In this document: piece by piece, positions 1 through 8,229 of the stretch
Numbering within the stretch: position 1 is the stretch's first letter
Layout: every line of letters starts with the position of its first letter
Origin: Pseudomonadota bacterium
Lineage (GTDB): Bacteria; Pseudomonadota; Gammaproteobacteria; Ga0077536
Reading direction: 5' to 3'
Length of the DNA stretch: 43,366 bases
NCBI GenBank assembly: GCA_039029975.1
Contig: JBCCFA010000001.1
Coordinates: 1-43,366 of the forward strand
Notes under the pieces: generated by a model
Told to the model about the DNA's origin: nothing
Database searches by the model: none
What the model saw: the letters and a program-made list of their open reading frames with translations, nothing else
Translations under genes and position numbers: made by a program

Positions 1-351
1 ATGAAACCTCTGGTGCTGCACGATATTGCGGAGGCCTTAGGTATGCATGAGTCGACCATTTCCCGGGTCACGACTCGAAAATATTTACATACCCCGCGCG
101 GTATTTACGAGCTTAAATATTTCTTTTCAAGCCATGTTAGTACTACATTGGGTGGAGAGGCATCTTCCACTGCGATTCGGGCGGTAATCAAAAAACTGAT
201 CTTGGCCGAAAATAACAAAAAACCGTTGAGCGACAGTAAAATTGCTAACTTGTTGTCCGATCAAGGCATTAAAGTTGCGCGCCGAACGGTCGCCAAATAT
301 CGCGAAGCGATGCATATTCCGCCGTCCAACGAGCGCAAGCGCTTGGCGTGA
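1..351 (+). CDS. rpoN: RNA polymerase sigma-54 factor RpoN, C-terminal ~116 aa (5' end lies outside the window)
   Basis: HTH region (ESTISRVT) and the RpoN box [12 protein letters not shown] are present. The downstream hpf-ptsN-rapZ-ptsO context is the canonical rpoN operon. Confidence 0.9.
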   Translation: MKPLVLHDIAEALGMHESTISRVTTRKYLHTPRGIYELKYFFSSHVSTTLGGEASSTAIRAVIKKLILAENNKKPLSDSKIANLLSDQGIKVARRTVAKYREAMHIPPSNERKRLA

Positions 352-509
352 CCTGAGCCGATGAGGAGACTCGATGTTCTCCAGCCGACCATGGACAAGT
401 TTCGAACGAAAAGACTATCATCTAACCTAATCTGAGATGAGCGGCTGGATGCGATCTATCCGGGCCCATTCTCAAGGCCAACACATAATTCATTGACCCG
501 AGGCGTTTA

Positions 510-842
510 ATGCAAGTAAACATTTCAGGCCATCACATCGAAGTGACCGATTCCCTCAAAAATTATATTACCTCTAAGATGGATCGTATCGAACGTCACT
601 TCGATCAGGTGATAGATGCCCACGTCGTACTAGACGTTAACAAACTTGTTAACAAAGCGGAAACGACAGTACACGTTAGCGGCAACACGATTCATGCGGA
701 AAGTGAAAGTGAAGACATGTATGCGGCGATAGATTCAATGCTGGACAAGCTCGATCGTCAGGTTAGAAAACACAAAGAAAAACTGACAGATCACCACCGT
801 CGTGAAGGCGGAATCGGCAAGCAGCTGGGCTCAACCGACTAA
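510..842 (+). CDS. hpf: Ribosome hibernation promoting factor (short HPF/YhbH, sigma-54 modulation protein family)
   Basis: 110 aa starting MQVNISGHHIEVTDSLKNYI, ending KLDRQVRKHKEK. Position is immediately after rpoN. Confidence 0.85.
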   Translation: MQVNISGHHIEVTDSLKNYITSKMDRIERHFDQVIDAHVVLDVNKLVNKAETTVHVSGNTIHAESESEDMYAAIDSMLDKLDRQVRKHKEKLTDHHRREGGIGKQLGSTD

Positions 843-851
843 GAAACCCCG

Positions 852-1313
852 GTGAATCTCGCGGATATTCTGACGCCCTCGCGCGTCGCCCTCGACGTGG
901 TTTCTGCCAGTAAAAAAGCTGCCTTGGAGCAACTTGCTCGAGGTGCAAGCCACGGCGTCCCAGAACTCACACCAGCGCAGGCCTTTGATAGCCTGGTTGA
1001 ACGCGAGCGCCTCGGCAGCACCGCTCTAGGCCAAGGTATCGCGATTCCTCATGGCCGCATTACGCATCTCAAATCAATGGTCGGCGCGTTTATGCGGGTC
1101 GATAGCGGTGTTGAATTTGATTCGATCGATGGCGAACCCGTAGATTTATTCTTCGCGCTATTTGTGCCCGCGAATACCAACGAAAAACACTTAGAAACGC
1201 TGTCTCACTTGGCGGCATTGTTTAGCGATCTCGAGTTAGTATCGCAATTACGCAAGGAGGGATCCGCTGAGAAAATCCATGCGTTGCTTGTTGCCGAACC
1301 GACGGTCAAATGA
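852..1313 (+). CDS. ptsN: PTS-Ntr enzyme IIA (PtsN)
   Basis: 153 aa with a GTG start. The EIIA-Ntr phosphorylation-site region GIAIPHGRI is present. Sits between hpf and rapZ. Confidence 0.85.
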   Translation: MNLADILTPSRVALDVVSASKKAALEQLARGASHGVPELTPAQAFDSLVERERLGSTALGQGIAIPHGRITHLKSMVGAFMRVDSGVEFDSIDGEPVDLFFALFVPANTNEKHLETLSHLAALFSDLELVSQLRKEGSAEKIHALLVAEPTVK

Positions 1314-2170
1314 GCCCAAGACGTTTTGTCATCGTTTCGGGTTTATCAGGTGGTGGGAAATCGGTGGCTCTGCGCGCGTTGGAGGACGCCGCGTTTTACT
1401 GCGTCGATAATTTACCAGCAGGCTTTCTAGAAGATTTCGCGCATTTTGTCGCAAGCGGCGATTCTCCCCATTATGCGAACGTAGCGGTTGGTGTGGACGC
1501 GCGTAATCCGGCATCAGATCTGTCGCAGTTTCCGGGGATCCTCAACGGCCTCGGCGCGATGAACTTAGATGTGGAGCTGGTGTTCATCGAAGCGAACGAT
1601 CAAACGCTAATCAATCGGTTCAGCGAAACCCGACGACGTCATCCCTTGTCCTCAGGTGATCAAGCACTTCATCACGCGATTAAGCAGGAACGCATTTTGA
1701 TGCAGGCCCTTTCCGAAAGGGCCGATTTACGACTTGATACGAGTCACTCTAACGTTCACCAATTTCGCCAAATCGTGAATGATAGGCTCGCCCGGCGTGA
1801 TTCCAACCAGCTGTCTTTGCAGGTGTCCTCGTTTGGCTTCAAAAATGGTGTGCCACCAGACGCGGACTTTGTTTTCGATTTACGTTGTCTGCCGAATCCT
1901 TATTGGCATGCTAATTTGCGTGAATACACTGGTAGAGATCAGCAAATTAAAGATTTTCTAAGCGGCGATGAATTGGTCGAAGCGATGATTAGCGATATCT
2001 GCGAATTGATGAAAAAATGGATTCCGCGCTTCAGCGCTGAAAATCGCAGTTATCTCACGGTTGCTGTTGGTTGTACTGGCGGTAAACATCGCTCCGTGTA
2101 CGTGGCAGAAAGAATTTCCGCGCAATTCAGCGACACCTACAACATCTTAGTTGTCCACCGCGACAACTAA
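1310..2170 (+). CDS. rapZ: RNase adapter protein RapZ (YhbJ)
   Basis: 286 aa with P-loop GLSGGGKS and C-terminal motifs LRCLPNPYW and GCTGGKHRSV. ATGA overlap with the ptsN stop. Confidence 0.9.
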   Translation: MSPRRFVIVSGLSGGGKSVALRALEDAAFYCVDNLPAGFLEDFAHFVASGDSPHYANVAVGVDARNPASDLSQFPGILNGLGAMNLDVELVFIEANDQTLINRFSETRRRHPLSSGDQALHHAIKQERILMQALSERADLRLDTSHSNVHQFRQIVNDRLARRDSNQLSLQVSSFGFKNGVPPDADFVFDLRCLPNPYWHANLREYTGRDQQIKDFLSGDELVEAMISDICELMKKWIPRFSAENRSYLTVAVGCTGGKHRSVYVAERISAQFSDTYNILVVHRDN

Positions 2171-2250
2171 GCCCGCCCGCGAACTACAGTTTTTCCGAGT
2201 AAGCGAATTCGCTGATGTATTTTGATCAGTGGGTGGATTAGCATATCCCC

Positions 2251-2520
2251 ATGCAATCAAAACAAATTGAAGTGATTAACGCGCTGGGTCTACATGCCCG
2301 CGCTGCAGCGAAATTGGTGCAACTTGCGGCGGGCTACGCAAGCCAGATAACGCTTATAAAAGACAGCAAAGAGGCCAATGCGAAAAGTATCATGAAGGTG
2401 ATGATGCTCGCGGCATCACGTGGTTCCATCCTTACCGTGGAAATTGATGGCGAAGACGAGCAGGATGCTATGAATGCGGTGATAGCGATGTTCGAAGATG
2501 GGTTCGGGGAACTGGAGTGA
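2251..2520 (+). CDS. ptsO: HPr-family phosphocarrier protein NPr
   Basis: 89 aa. Active-site His context is NALGLHARAA and the Ser46-like region is NAKSIMKVM. Position is after rapZ. Confidence 0.8.
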   Translation: MQSKQIEVINALGLHARAAAKLVQLAAGYASQITLIKDSKEANAKSIMKVMMLAASRGSILTVEIDGEDEQDAMNAVIAMFEDGFGELE

Positions 2521-4256
2521 CCTATTCACTGCATGGTTTAGCGGTATCACGCGGTTACGCGATTGGGCGCGTGCATATTGTCTCGGCCGATGAAATCATC
2601 GTCACGGAATACGCAATTGAGTCAAGCAAAATTGAATCCGAAGTGCGCCGGCTGTTCGAAGCTGTGCGAGAGGCGCGCGCGCAATTGCGTCGGGTTCGCA
2701 CACACCTGCCGCCCGCCACCAGTGCCGATGTGGCAGCTTTCATCGATGTCCATTTGATGATGATTGAGGACGCGGCGCTTACGGATAGTGCCGCGGTAGC
2801 GATTAAAGAACGCGCATGTAATGCAGAATGGGCGTTGAAGTTACAACGCGACGAACTCGTAGCCGCATTTCAGGAAATGGAAGATCCCTATTTGCGCGAG
2901 CGTAAAGACGATGTCGATCAAGTAATCAACCGCATTCAAAGAGTGTTGTTGAACCACGCGCCACCTCAACACGAAATTGATGGACGCCAGATCGAAGGCA
3001 TGATTTTAATTGCCGATGACCTGTCGCCAGCAGATACGGTATTGATGGATCACAATAAAATCGCTGCTTTTGTTACAGACTCCGGTGGGCCTACATCTCA
3101 CACGTCTATTTTGGCGCGGAGTTTGGCAATTCCAGGGGTAGCCGGCGTGCACGGCGTGCGAAACTTCGTCAGAGAAAACGAGTTAGTTATCGTTGATGGG
3201 TTTGATGGTGTTCTGATTGGCGAACCGGACGAGAGAATCCTGGCTCACTATCGCGAGCGCCAATCGAACTTTGAGCAGGAAAAGGAAAATCTGGTCGGCT
3301 ATCGTGAAACGCCAACGATTACTCGCGACGGCACCTCTATTTCTTTGAACGCCAACGTTGAGTTACCAGCCGATTTTGACATGGCCATGGCAGTCGGTGC
3401 CTCTGGCGTTGGTCTCTACCGCACCGAATTCATGTATATGAATCGACGCGATTTTCCTCGTGAACAAGAACACTTTGAAACCTATCGTGACTTAGTGCAA
3501 TCGTTTGGCGGCGTTCCGGTAACGATTCGAACCTTAGACCTGGGTGCTGACAAGGCTTTTCACGAGAAGCCCGGCGAATCTACCGAAGCAAATCCAGCCC
3601 TGGGTTTGCGCGCAATTCGTTTGTCGTTTCGCGAACCCGAACTCTACTGGCCTCAACTGCGCGCCATTGTTCGTGCGTCGGCCTACGGCCCGGTTCGGTT
3701 GATGATACCGATGTTGTCGAACGTAGAAGAAGCCAAGATGGTCGTTGAAAACATTCGTAGCGTGCAGTCTGGCCTCAAAGACCACGGTGTTGAATTCGAT
3801 CCGGATATGCCCATCGGCGCCATGATTGAAGTACCTGCAGCAGCGATATGCGCCGGCACGTTCGCGACCGTATTGGACTTCTTCTCAATTGGTACTAACG
3901 ATTTAATCCAGTACACGATCGCCATTGATAGGGTCAACGACGAAGTGAATTATCTCTACGATCCGGTCAATCCCGCGGTATTACAGTTAATTAGTATGAC
4001 CATCGAAGCCGGCAGGAAAGCCGGTATTCCAGTTGCAATGTGCGGTGAGATGGCGAGCGATACCCGTTATACCAAATTGTTACTCGGCATGGGTCTGCGC
4101 GAGTTCAGTGTGCATCCTTCCGCACTCCTTGAATTACGGAAAGTGATTACGGAGACGGACATTGGTGAAACCGCGTCGATGTCAGGCACCTTGCTGAACA
4201 GCGATTCGCATGAACAATTCCAAGCAATTGCGAAAAACCTAGTCGGCGAAAGCTAG
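2517..4256 (+). CDS. ptsI: Phosphoenolpyruvate-protein phosphotransferase (enzyme I), PtsI-length with no N-terminal GAF domain
   Basis: 579 aa. Active-site His region is GGPTSHTSILARSLAIP. PEP-utilizer C-terminal motifs FFSIGTNDLIQY and CGEMA are present. The GTG start overlaps the ptsO stop (GTGA). Confidence 0.85.
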   Translation: MTYSLHGLAVSRGYAIGRVHIVSADEIIVTEYAIESSKIESEVRRLFEAVREARAQLRRVRTHLPPATSADVAAFIDVHLMMIEDAALTDSAAVAIKERACNAEWALKLQRDELVAAFQEMEDPYLRERKDDVDQVINRIQRVLLNHAPPQHEIDGRQIEGMILIADDLSPADTVLMDHNKIAAFVTDSGGPTSHTSILARSLAIPGVAGVHGVRNFVRENELVIVDGFDGVLIGEPDERILAHYRERQSNFEQEKENLVGYRETPTITRDGTSISLNANVELPADFDMAMAVGASGVGLYRTEFMYMNRRDFPREQEHFETYRDLVQSFGGVPVTIRTLDLGADKAFHEKPGESTEANPALGLRAIRLSFREPELYWPQLRAIVRASAYGPVRLMIPMLSNVEEAKMVVENIRSVQSGLKDHGVEFDPDMPIGAMIEVPAAAICAGTFATVLDFFSIGTNDLIQYTIAIDRVNDEVNYLYDPVNPAVLQLISMTIEAGRKAGIPVAMCGEMASDTRYTKLLLGMGLREFSVHPSALLELRKVITETDIGETASMSGTLLNSDSHEQFQAIAKNLVGES

Positions 4257-4358
4257 TCTCCTAACAAGCGACCAAGACGGCCGCTATACTGTGCGTAGCT
4301 AATTCTGCTTGAGCCCGACAACTAGGCAAACACGCTTGGGCGTGTTCAACAATCAATC

Positions 4359-5720
4359 ATGACTTACCCCGACAGCGCCAATCGAAATCTCGATCTTGTC
4401 CGCAGTGTGCAAACCGCGCTGCAGGCGAATGAATTAGCGGAAGTACGTGAGCAGTTGGCGGTACTTCATCCTGCAGAATTAGCCGATTTACTGGAGTCTC
4501 TTCCTGCCGCGACTCGCGACGAACTGTGGGTTCATATCAGTCCGGATATCGAGGGCGACGTCCTGGTTCACGTCAGTGATCCAGTCCGAACTGGTATTTT
4601 GGAAGGTATGCGGCCTGACGAAGTCGCGGCGGCCACCGAAAGTCTAGAGATCGACGATGCCGCAGATATTCTGCAAGACCTATCGGAGGACGTTGTTGGC
4701 GAAGTGCTGCGTTCCATGGATGGGCAAAATCGGCAGAGAATTTCCGCGATATTGGATTACGACGAGCACTCCGCCGGTGGCTTGATGAATGTCGACACCG
4801 TGGCGGTACGGGCAGATGTGGATGTTGATGTGGTGTTGCGATATTTGCGATTGCTGGGCGAGAAAGTGCCAGATCACACTGACAGCTTAATTGTTGTTGA
4901 TCGGCAAAACACCTATCTTGGCTTGCTACCATTGGCGACTTTGCTTACGGCCACCCCTGAAACAGTCATTGGTGAACTAATGTTCCTGGATGCAGATGCA
5001 ATCCGTGCGGAAACCCCGGCAAGCGACGTTGTAACTATCTTTGAGCAGCGCGATTTATTCTCCGCCGCTGTGGTTGATGATGATGGCAAGCTTCTAGGCC
5101 GGATAACCATTGACGATGTGGTTGATGTGATGCGCGACCAAGCCGCGCATTCCGCGATGTCTGCAGCAGGATTGGACGAAAACGATGATTTGTTTGCGCC
5201 TGTGATGGGTGCGGCGAAACGCCGAGCGGCGTGGTTGGCGGTGAATCTGGCGACCGCGTTCTTGGCGGCTTGGGTGATAGGGTTGTTTGAAGCGACAATC
5301 GATCAAATTGTTGCCTTAGCAGTATTAATGCCGGTTGTGGCGAGTATGGGTGGCGTCGCGGGGATGCAAACGTTGACCATTGTCATTCGCGGTATGGCCT
5401 TGGGTCAGATCGGCCGAGCCAACGCGAGAATAATTGTCACTCGCGAAATTTCGATAGCACTCTGGAATTGTTTGTTATGGGCAAGTGTTGTTGCCTTGGT
5501 GTCTGGCCTTTGGTTTCAGGACCTTTCTCTTGGTTTAGTAATCGGTGCGGCACTGGTGATTAATCTCGTCACCGCCGCTATCGCTGGTGCTCTCATACCA
5601 ATAATTCTGAAGCGTCTGAATATCGATCCGGCCTTGGCGGGTGCGGTGGCGCTGACCACTGTTACCGATGTGACGGGTTTTTTCGCCTTTTTAGGCTTGG
5701 CCGCTGTGGTTTTGATGTAA
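4359..5720 (+). CDS. mgtE: Magnesium transporter MgtE
   Basis: 453 aa with an N-terminal MgtE_N-like acidic domain, a CBS pair region and a C-terminal multi-TM domain (MPVVASMGG, TDVTGFFAFLG). Confidence 0.9.
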   Translation: MTYPDSANRNLDLVRSVQTALQANELAEVREQLAVLHPAELADLLESLPAATRDELWVHISPDIEGDVLVHVSDPVRTGILEGMRPDEVAAATESLEIDDAADILQDLSEDVVGEVLRSMDGQNRQRISAILDYDEHSAGGLMNVDTVAVRADVDVDVVLRYLRLLGEKVPDHTDSLIVVDRQNTYLGLLPLATLLTATPETVIGELMFLDADAIRAETPASDVVTIFEQRDLFSAAVVDDDGKLLGRITIDDVVDVMRDQAAHSAMSAAGLDENDDLFAPVMGAAKRRAAWLAVNLATAFLAAWVIGLFEATIDQIVALAVLMPVVASMGGVAGMQTLTIVIRGMALGQIGRANARIIVTREISIALWNCLLWASVVALVSGLWFQDLSLGLVIGAALVINLVTAAIAGALIPIILKRLNIDPALAGAVALTTVTDVTGFFAFLGLAAVVLM

Positions 5721-5751
5721 AAATGTCCCCCAACTTGTACATTTTTACATC
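5714..5751. repeat. Perfect 12-bp inverted repeat (GATGTAAAAATG / CATTTTTACATC) with a 14-nt spacer, spanning the mgtE stop codon
   Basis: Read directly: 5714-5725 is the reverse complement of 5740-5751. No T-tract follows. Confidence 0.8.
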
Positions 5752-5861
5752 ATATCTGTGCTATGATTCCTGTTGATTAAATTATGACGTTGTAATTTTA
5801 CAACACTACGACGTTCGGGGGTGGCGCGTGATGCGCCGAGAATCTATCGGGGAAGTCCACG

Positions 5862-6593
5862 ATGAATAAATTTTCTAAAATATTTGTGGTGATCCTAACT
5901 GGGATTTTCACAGTTGGATGTGCTAACAAAGATATCAAACCAGGTTCCGTACTTTGCCCATTAATCGGCGCGGTTGCCGGTGCAGGTATCGCAGCCGGAC
6001 CGTTAGACGGTGATGACGACGAAGCAGTGCTAGTGGCCGGTGCAGCATTAGGTGCTGGTCTGGGTTACTTTTTCTGTAAAGACCGTACGCCACCGCCAGC
6101 GCCGAAACCTAAGCCAAAACCGAAGCCCAAGCCCAAGCCGCAGCCACCAAAAGATAGCGATGGCGATGGTGTTATCGACGCTAAAGACGAATGTCCGGGA
6201 ACGCCAGCAGGGGTGAAGGTGAACGAAGTAGGTTGCCCTGAAGTTGGTGAGAAACTGATTAGCCTCGAAGGTGTTAACTTCGACACCAATAAGGCGACGA
6301 TTCGTCCGGATTCACAGCCCATACTGGATAATGCAGTGACTGTGCTGAACGAGAACTCGAGTGTGTCGGTGCGAGTGGAAGGCCATACGGATAGCCGCGG
6401 GTCTGATGCTTACAATCAGAAACTGTCGCAGCGTCGCGCCGAAGCAGTTGTCGCCTACCTCACTGCCGCCGGTATTGACGGCGAACGTTTGCTTCCAGTG
6501 GGTTACGGAGAAAGCGCACCAGTAGCGCCAAACGACACGGCAGAAAACATGTATCGCAATCGCCGTGTAGACTTGGTTGTTACAGGAAACTAG
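5862..6593 (+). CDS. OmpA-family lipoprotein (glycine-zipper segment, Pro-Lys repeat linker, thrombospondin type-3-like Ca-binding motif, OmpA C-terminal domain)
   Basis: Lipobox is FTVGC. A G/A-rich hydrophobic stretch and the PKPKPKPKPKPKPQPP linker follow. DSDGDGVIDAKDECP is TSP3-like. OmpA_C motifs are NFDTNKATI, GHTDSRGSDAYNQKLSQRRAEAV and NRRVDL. Confidence 0.8.
   Translation: MNKFSKIFVVILTGIFTVGCANKDIKPGSVLCPLIGAVAGAGIAAGPLDGDDDEAVLVAGAALGAGLGYFFCKDRTPPPAPKPKPKPKPKPKPQPPKDSDGDGVIDAKDECPGTPAGVKVNEVGCPEVGEKLISLEGVNFDTNKATIRPDSQPILDNAVTVLNENSSVSVRVEGHTDSRGSDAYNQKLSQRRAEAVVAYLTAAGIDGERLLPVGYGESAPVAPNDTAENMYRNRRVDLVVTGN
6102..6140 (+). repeat. In-frame tandem CCN-AAR hexanucleotide repeat encoding (PK)6P
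   Basis: ccg aaa cct aag cca aaa ccg aag ccc aag ccc aag ccg, read directly in the OmpA-family CDS frame. Confidence 0.9.
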
Positions 6594-6621
6594 TAACCGA
6601 CCAATCCGCACTGTAAAAATT

Positions 6622-6652
6622 AAAAAGGCTCTCCTTGGAGGGCCTTTTTTTT
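6622..6652. terminator. Bidirectional rho-independent terminator between convergent OmpA-family gene and thrB
   Basis: AAAAA-GGCTCTCC-TT-GGAGGGCC-TTTTTTTT. The stem is GC-rich with one G-U pair, and A/T runs flank both sides. Confidence 0.7.
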
Positions 6653-6689
6653 GCATAATTTTAAGTGATGTTGTTGGCTTAAGGTGAAA

Positions 6690-7652
6690 TTAGCCAAAAA
6701 TATCGACGTCGTTCGACTTAAGCTGGCACTTCTTCAACAACTCTAAAAACACACCGGGATCTTTTTCCTGAGTGATAGCGCCTTGTCGCGGGAAGTGTTG
6801 GTCGTGCAGGCGAGACAAATAAAATCGGAGTGCGGCTACTGCCAAGGCCCGAAACCAGGCGTGCCGTTCAGACGGTGAAATAGCACGGATTTCTTCGTAA
6901 CTCTTGACAATAGCGCGCGCGTTTTCCGCATTCACATGCCCGTTGTTAACCACGACACACCAATCAGCAACGCAAACGGCGATATCGTAGATGAACGGTG
7001 CTGAATGGGCATAATAAAAATCTATCACGCCGGTGAGTTTGTTTTGCACGAATAAGGCGTTGTCATGAAATAGATCGCCATGAATGATGCCGCGTGGCAG
7101 GTTAGCCTGCTCAAACTGACTTGCCTCTTGATGGCAGTGCGACAGCAATTGTTGATCGATATCCGTCCCGGCATCTTGAAGTTTACGGATGGTTCGTTCC
7201 CGCCAGGGTGCGCCCCTAAAATTCTCAAGCGTGTCTAGTTTCTGCTTGCACTGATGAAGGCGACCTAAAAACCGACCCACTTCACAACAATGCTCAAGCG
7301 AAGGTTTAGGTACGCTAGTACCTGGAACACGCGCAATTAGTGCCGCCGGTTTATTTTTAACTGAAGTTAAATACTGACGATCGTTCGTTTTGGCCGGTTC
7401 AGCGACTGGTAGTCCGGTCGCTGCTAAGTGCGCCATTAAATCGAAATAAGCATCCAGATTTTCGCTGGCCGTTGTCTCAAAGAGTGTCAGCACAAATTCA
7501 CTCTCGACACCACTTTGCGACTTGGCAGAGACGAAATAGTTAGTGTTTTCGATGCCCTCGGCAATACCCCGGAACGTCAGCAAGCTTCCTTGTTGATAAA
7601 TATCTAATAGGGATTGAATTTCGCCCGCGTCGAGGCTGGTGTATACGGACAT
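6690..7652 (-). CDS. thrB: Homoserine kinase, APH/phosphotransferase-fold type (Pseudomonas-type ThrB)
   Basis: 320 aa starting MSVYTSLDAGEIQSLL. Kinase motifs IIHGDLFHDN and VIDFYYA are present. The thrB-DUF2782-polA neighbourhood matches what is known from pseudomonads. Confidence 0.8.
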   Translation of the reverse strand: MSVYTSLDAGEIQSLLDIYQQGSLLTFRGIAEGIENTNYFVSAKSQSGVESEFVLTLFETTASENLDAYFDLMAHLAATGLPVAEPAKTNDRQYLTSVKNKPAALIARVPGTSVPKPSLEHCCEVGRFLGRLHQCKQKLDTLENFRGAPWRERTIRKLQDAGTDIDQQLLSHCHQEASQFEQANLPRGIIHGDLFHDNALFVQNKLTGVIDFYYAHSAPFIYDIAVCVADWCVVVNNGHVNAENARAIVKSYEEIRAISPSERHAWFRALAVAALRFYLSRLHDQHFPRQGAITQEKDPGVFLELLKKCQLKSNDVDIFG

Positions 7653-7733
7653 CTACGGAAAAATTAACCTAGACCCAAATTAACGACGGGGCCGGCCAAA
7701 GTGACTTTGGCAAACGGACCGGTAAGGGGAGAA

Positions 7734-8087
7734 TTACCAGCTAAATAAGACCCATTGTGGAACGCGAAAGTCCTCGTAAAGCTGCGAAATTTTTGATTCC
7801 ATCAGCCCGTCACCATTTTTATCTACCAAATAGTAGGGTTTGCCGGCGATTGGGGTGATCTTAATCATATAAAGGCGACCATTGACGCGATACTCTTCGA
7901 CTTCAGCATCCTCTCGCTGAATGATCGTCACTTCGGGTTCTAACTGTTCGACATCATCGTCCGAGTCGACACGCTCCGGTGGGGGTGGGACATCGACATA
8001 TTCTGGTTCCTCGGCGGCCAGCGCAAGCGATGACATGGCGTATAGACCTAGGCATATCATTAACGCGGTTTTATTATGGTGATTCAT
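7734..8087 (-). CDS. DUF2782-family secreted protein
   Basis: 117 aa with a signal peptide (LALAAEE). Motif is RVNGRLYMIKITPIAGKPYYLVDKNGDG. Conserved position between thrB and polA. Confidence 0.65.
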   Translation of the reverse strand: MNHHNKTALMICLGLYAMSSLALAAEEPEYVDVPPPPERVDSDDDVEQLEPEVTIIQREDAEVEEYRVNGRLYMIKITPIAGKPYYLVDKNGDGLMESKISQLYEDFRVPQWVLFSW

Positions 8088-8229
8088 GGGTGTGTTCTCG
8101 CGACGTGCATGTCTTAATGCGCATTAGCATAGCATATTTGCGGCTCTACCAAGCCGAATCGAGCGCACAAAGCGTCACTTCGGGTGGACAAGATTAAGAA
8201 CGTTTTACGGGGAAAAGTTGGGTAATTAT

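Noticed and set aside
2202-2213. 12-bp perfect palindrome AGCGAATTCGCT between rapZ and ptsO
   Set aside because: It has a zero-length loop, so it is not an RNA hairpin. It is an isolated short dyad containing an EcoRI site, with no supporting evidence of function.
4257-4358. Possible Mg2+ (M-box) riboswitch in the mgtE leader
   Set aside because: The leader is only about 100 nt, and I see just one 7-bp hairpin (AACACGC-TTGG-GCGTGTT, 4329-4346). None of the extended multi-helix M-box architecture is apparent. An Infernal scan would settle it.
8115-8126. 12-bp perfect palindrome TAATGCGCATTA in the DUF2782/polA divergent region, and the 10-bp palindrome CGTTGCAACG at 22588-22597 upstream of rpe
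   Set aside because: Both are real in the sequence but short enough to arise by chance. Without comparative or genome-wide recurrence data I cannot argue they are operators.
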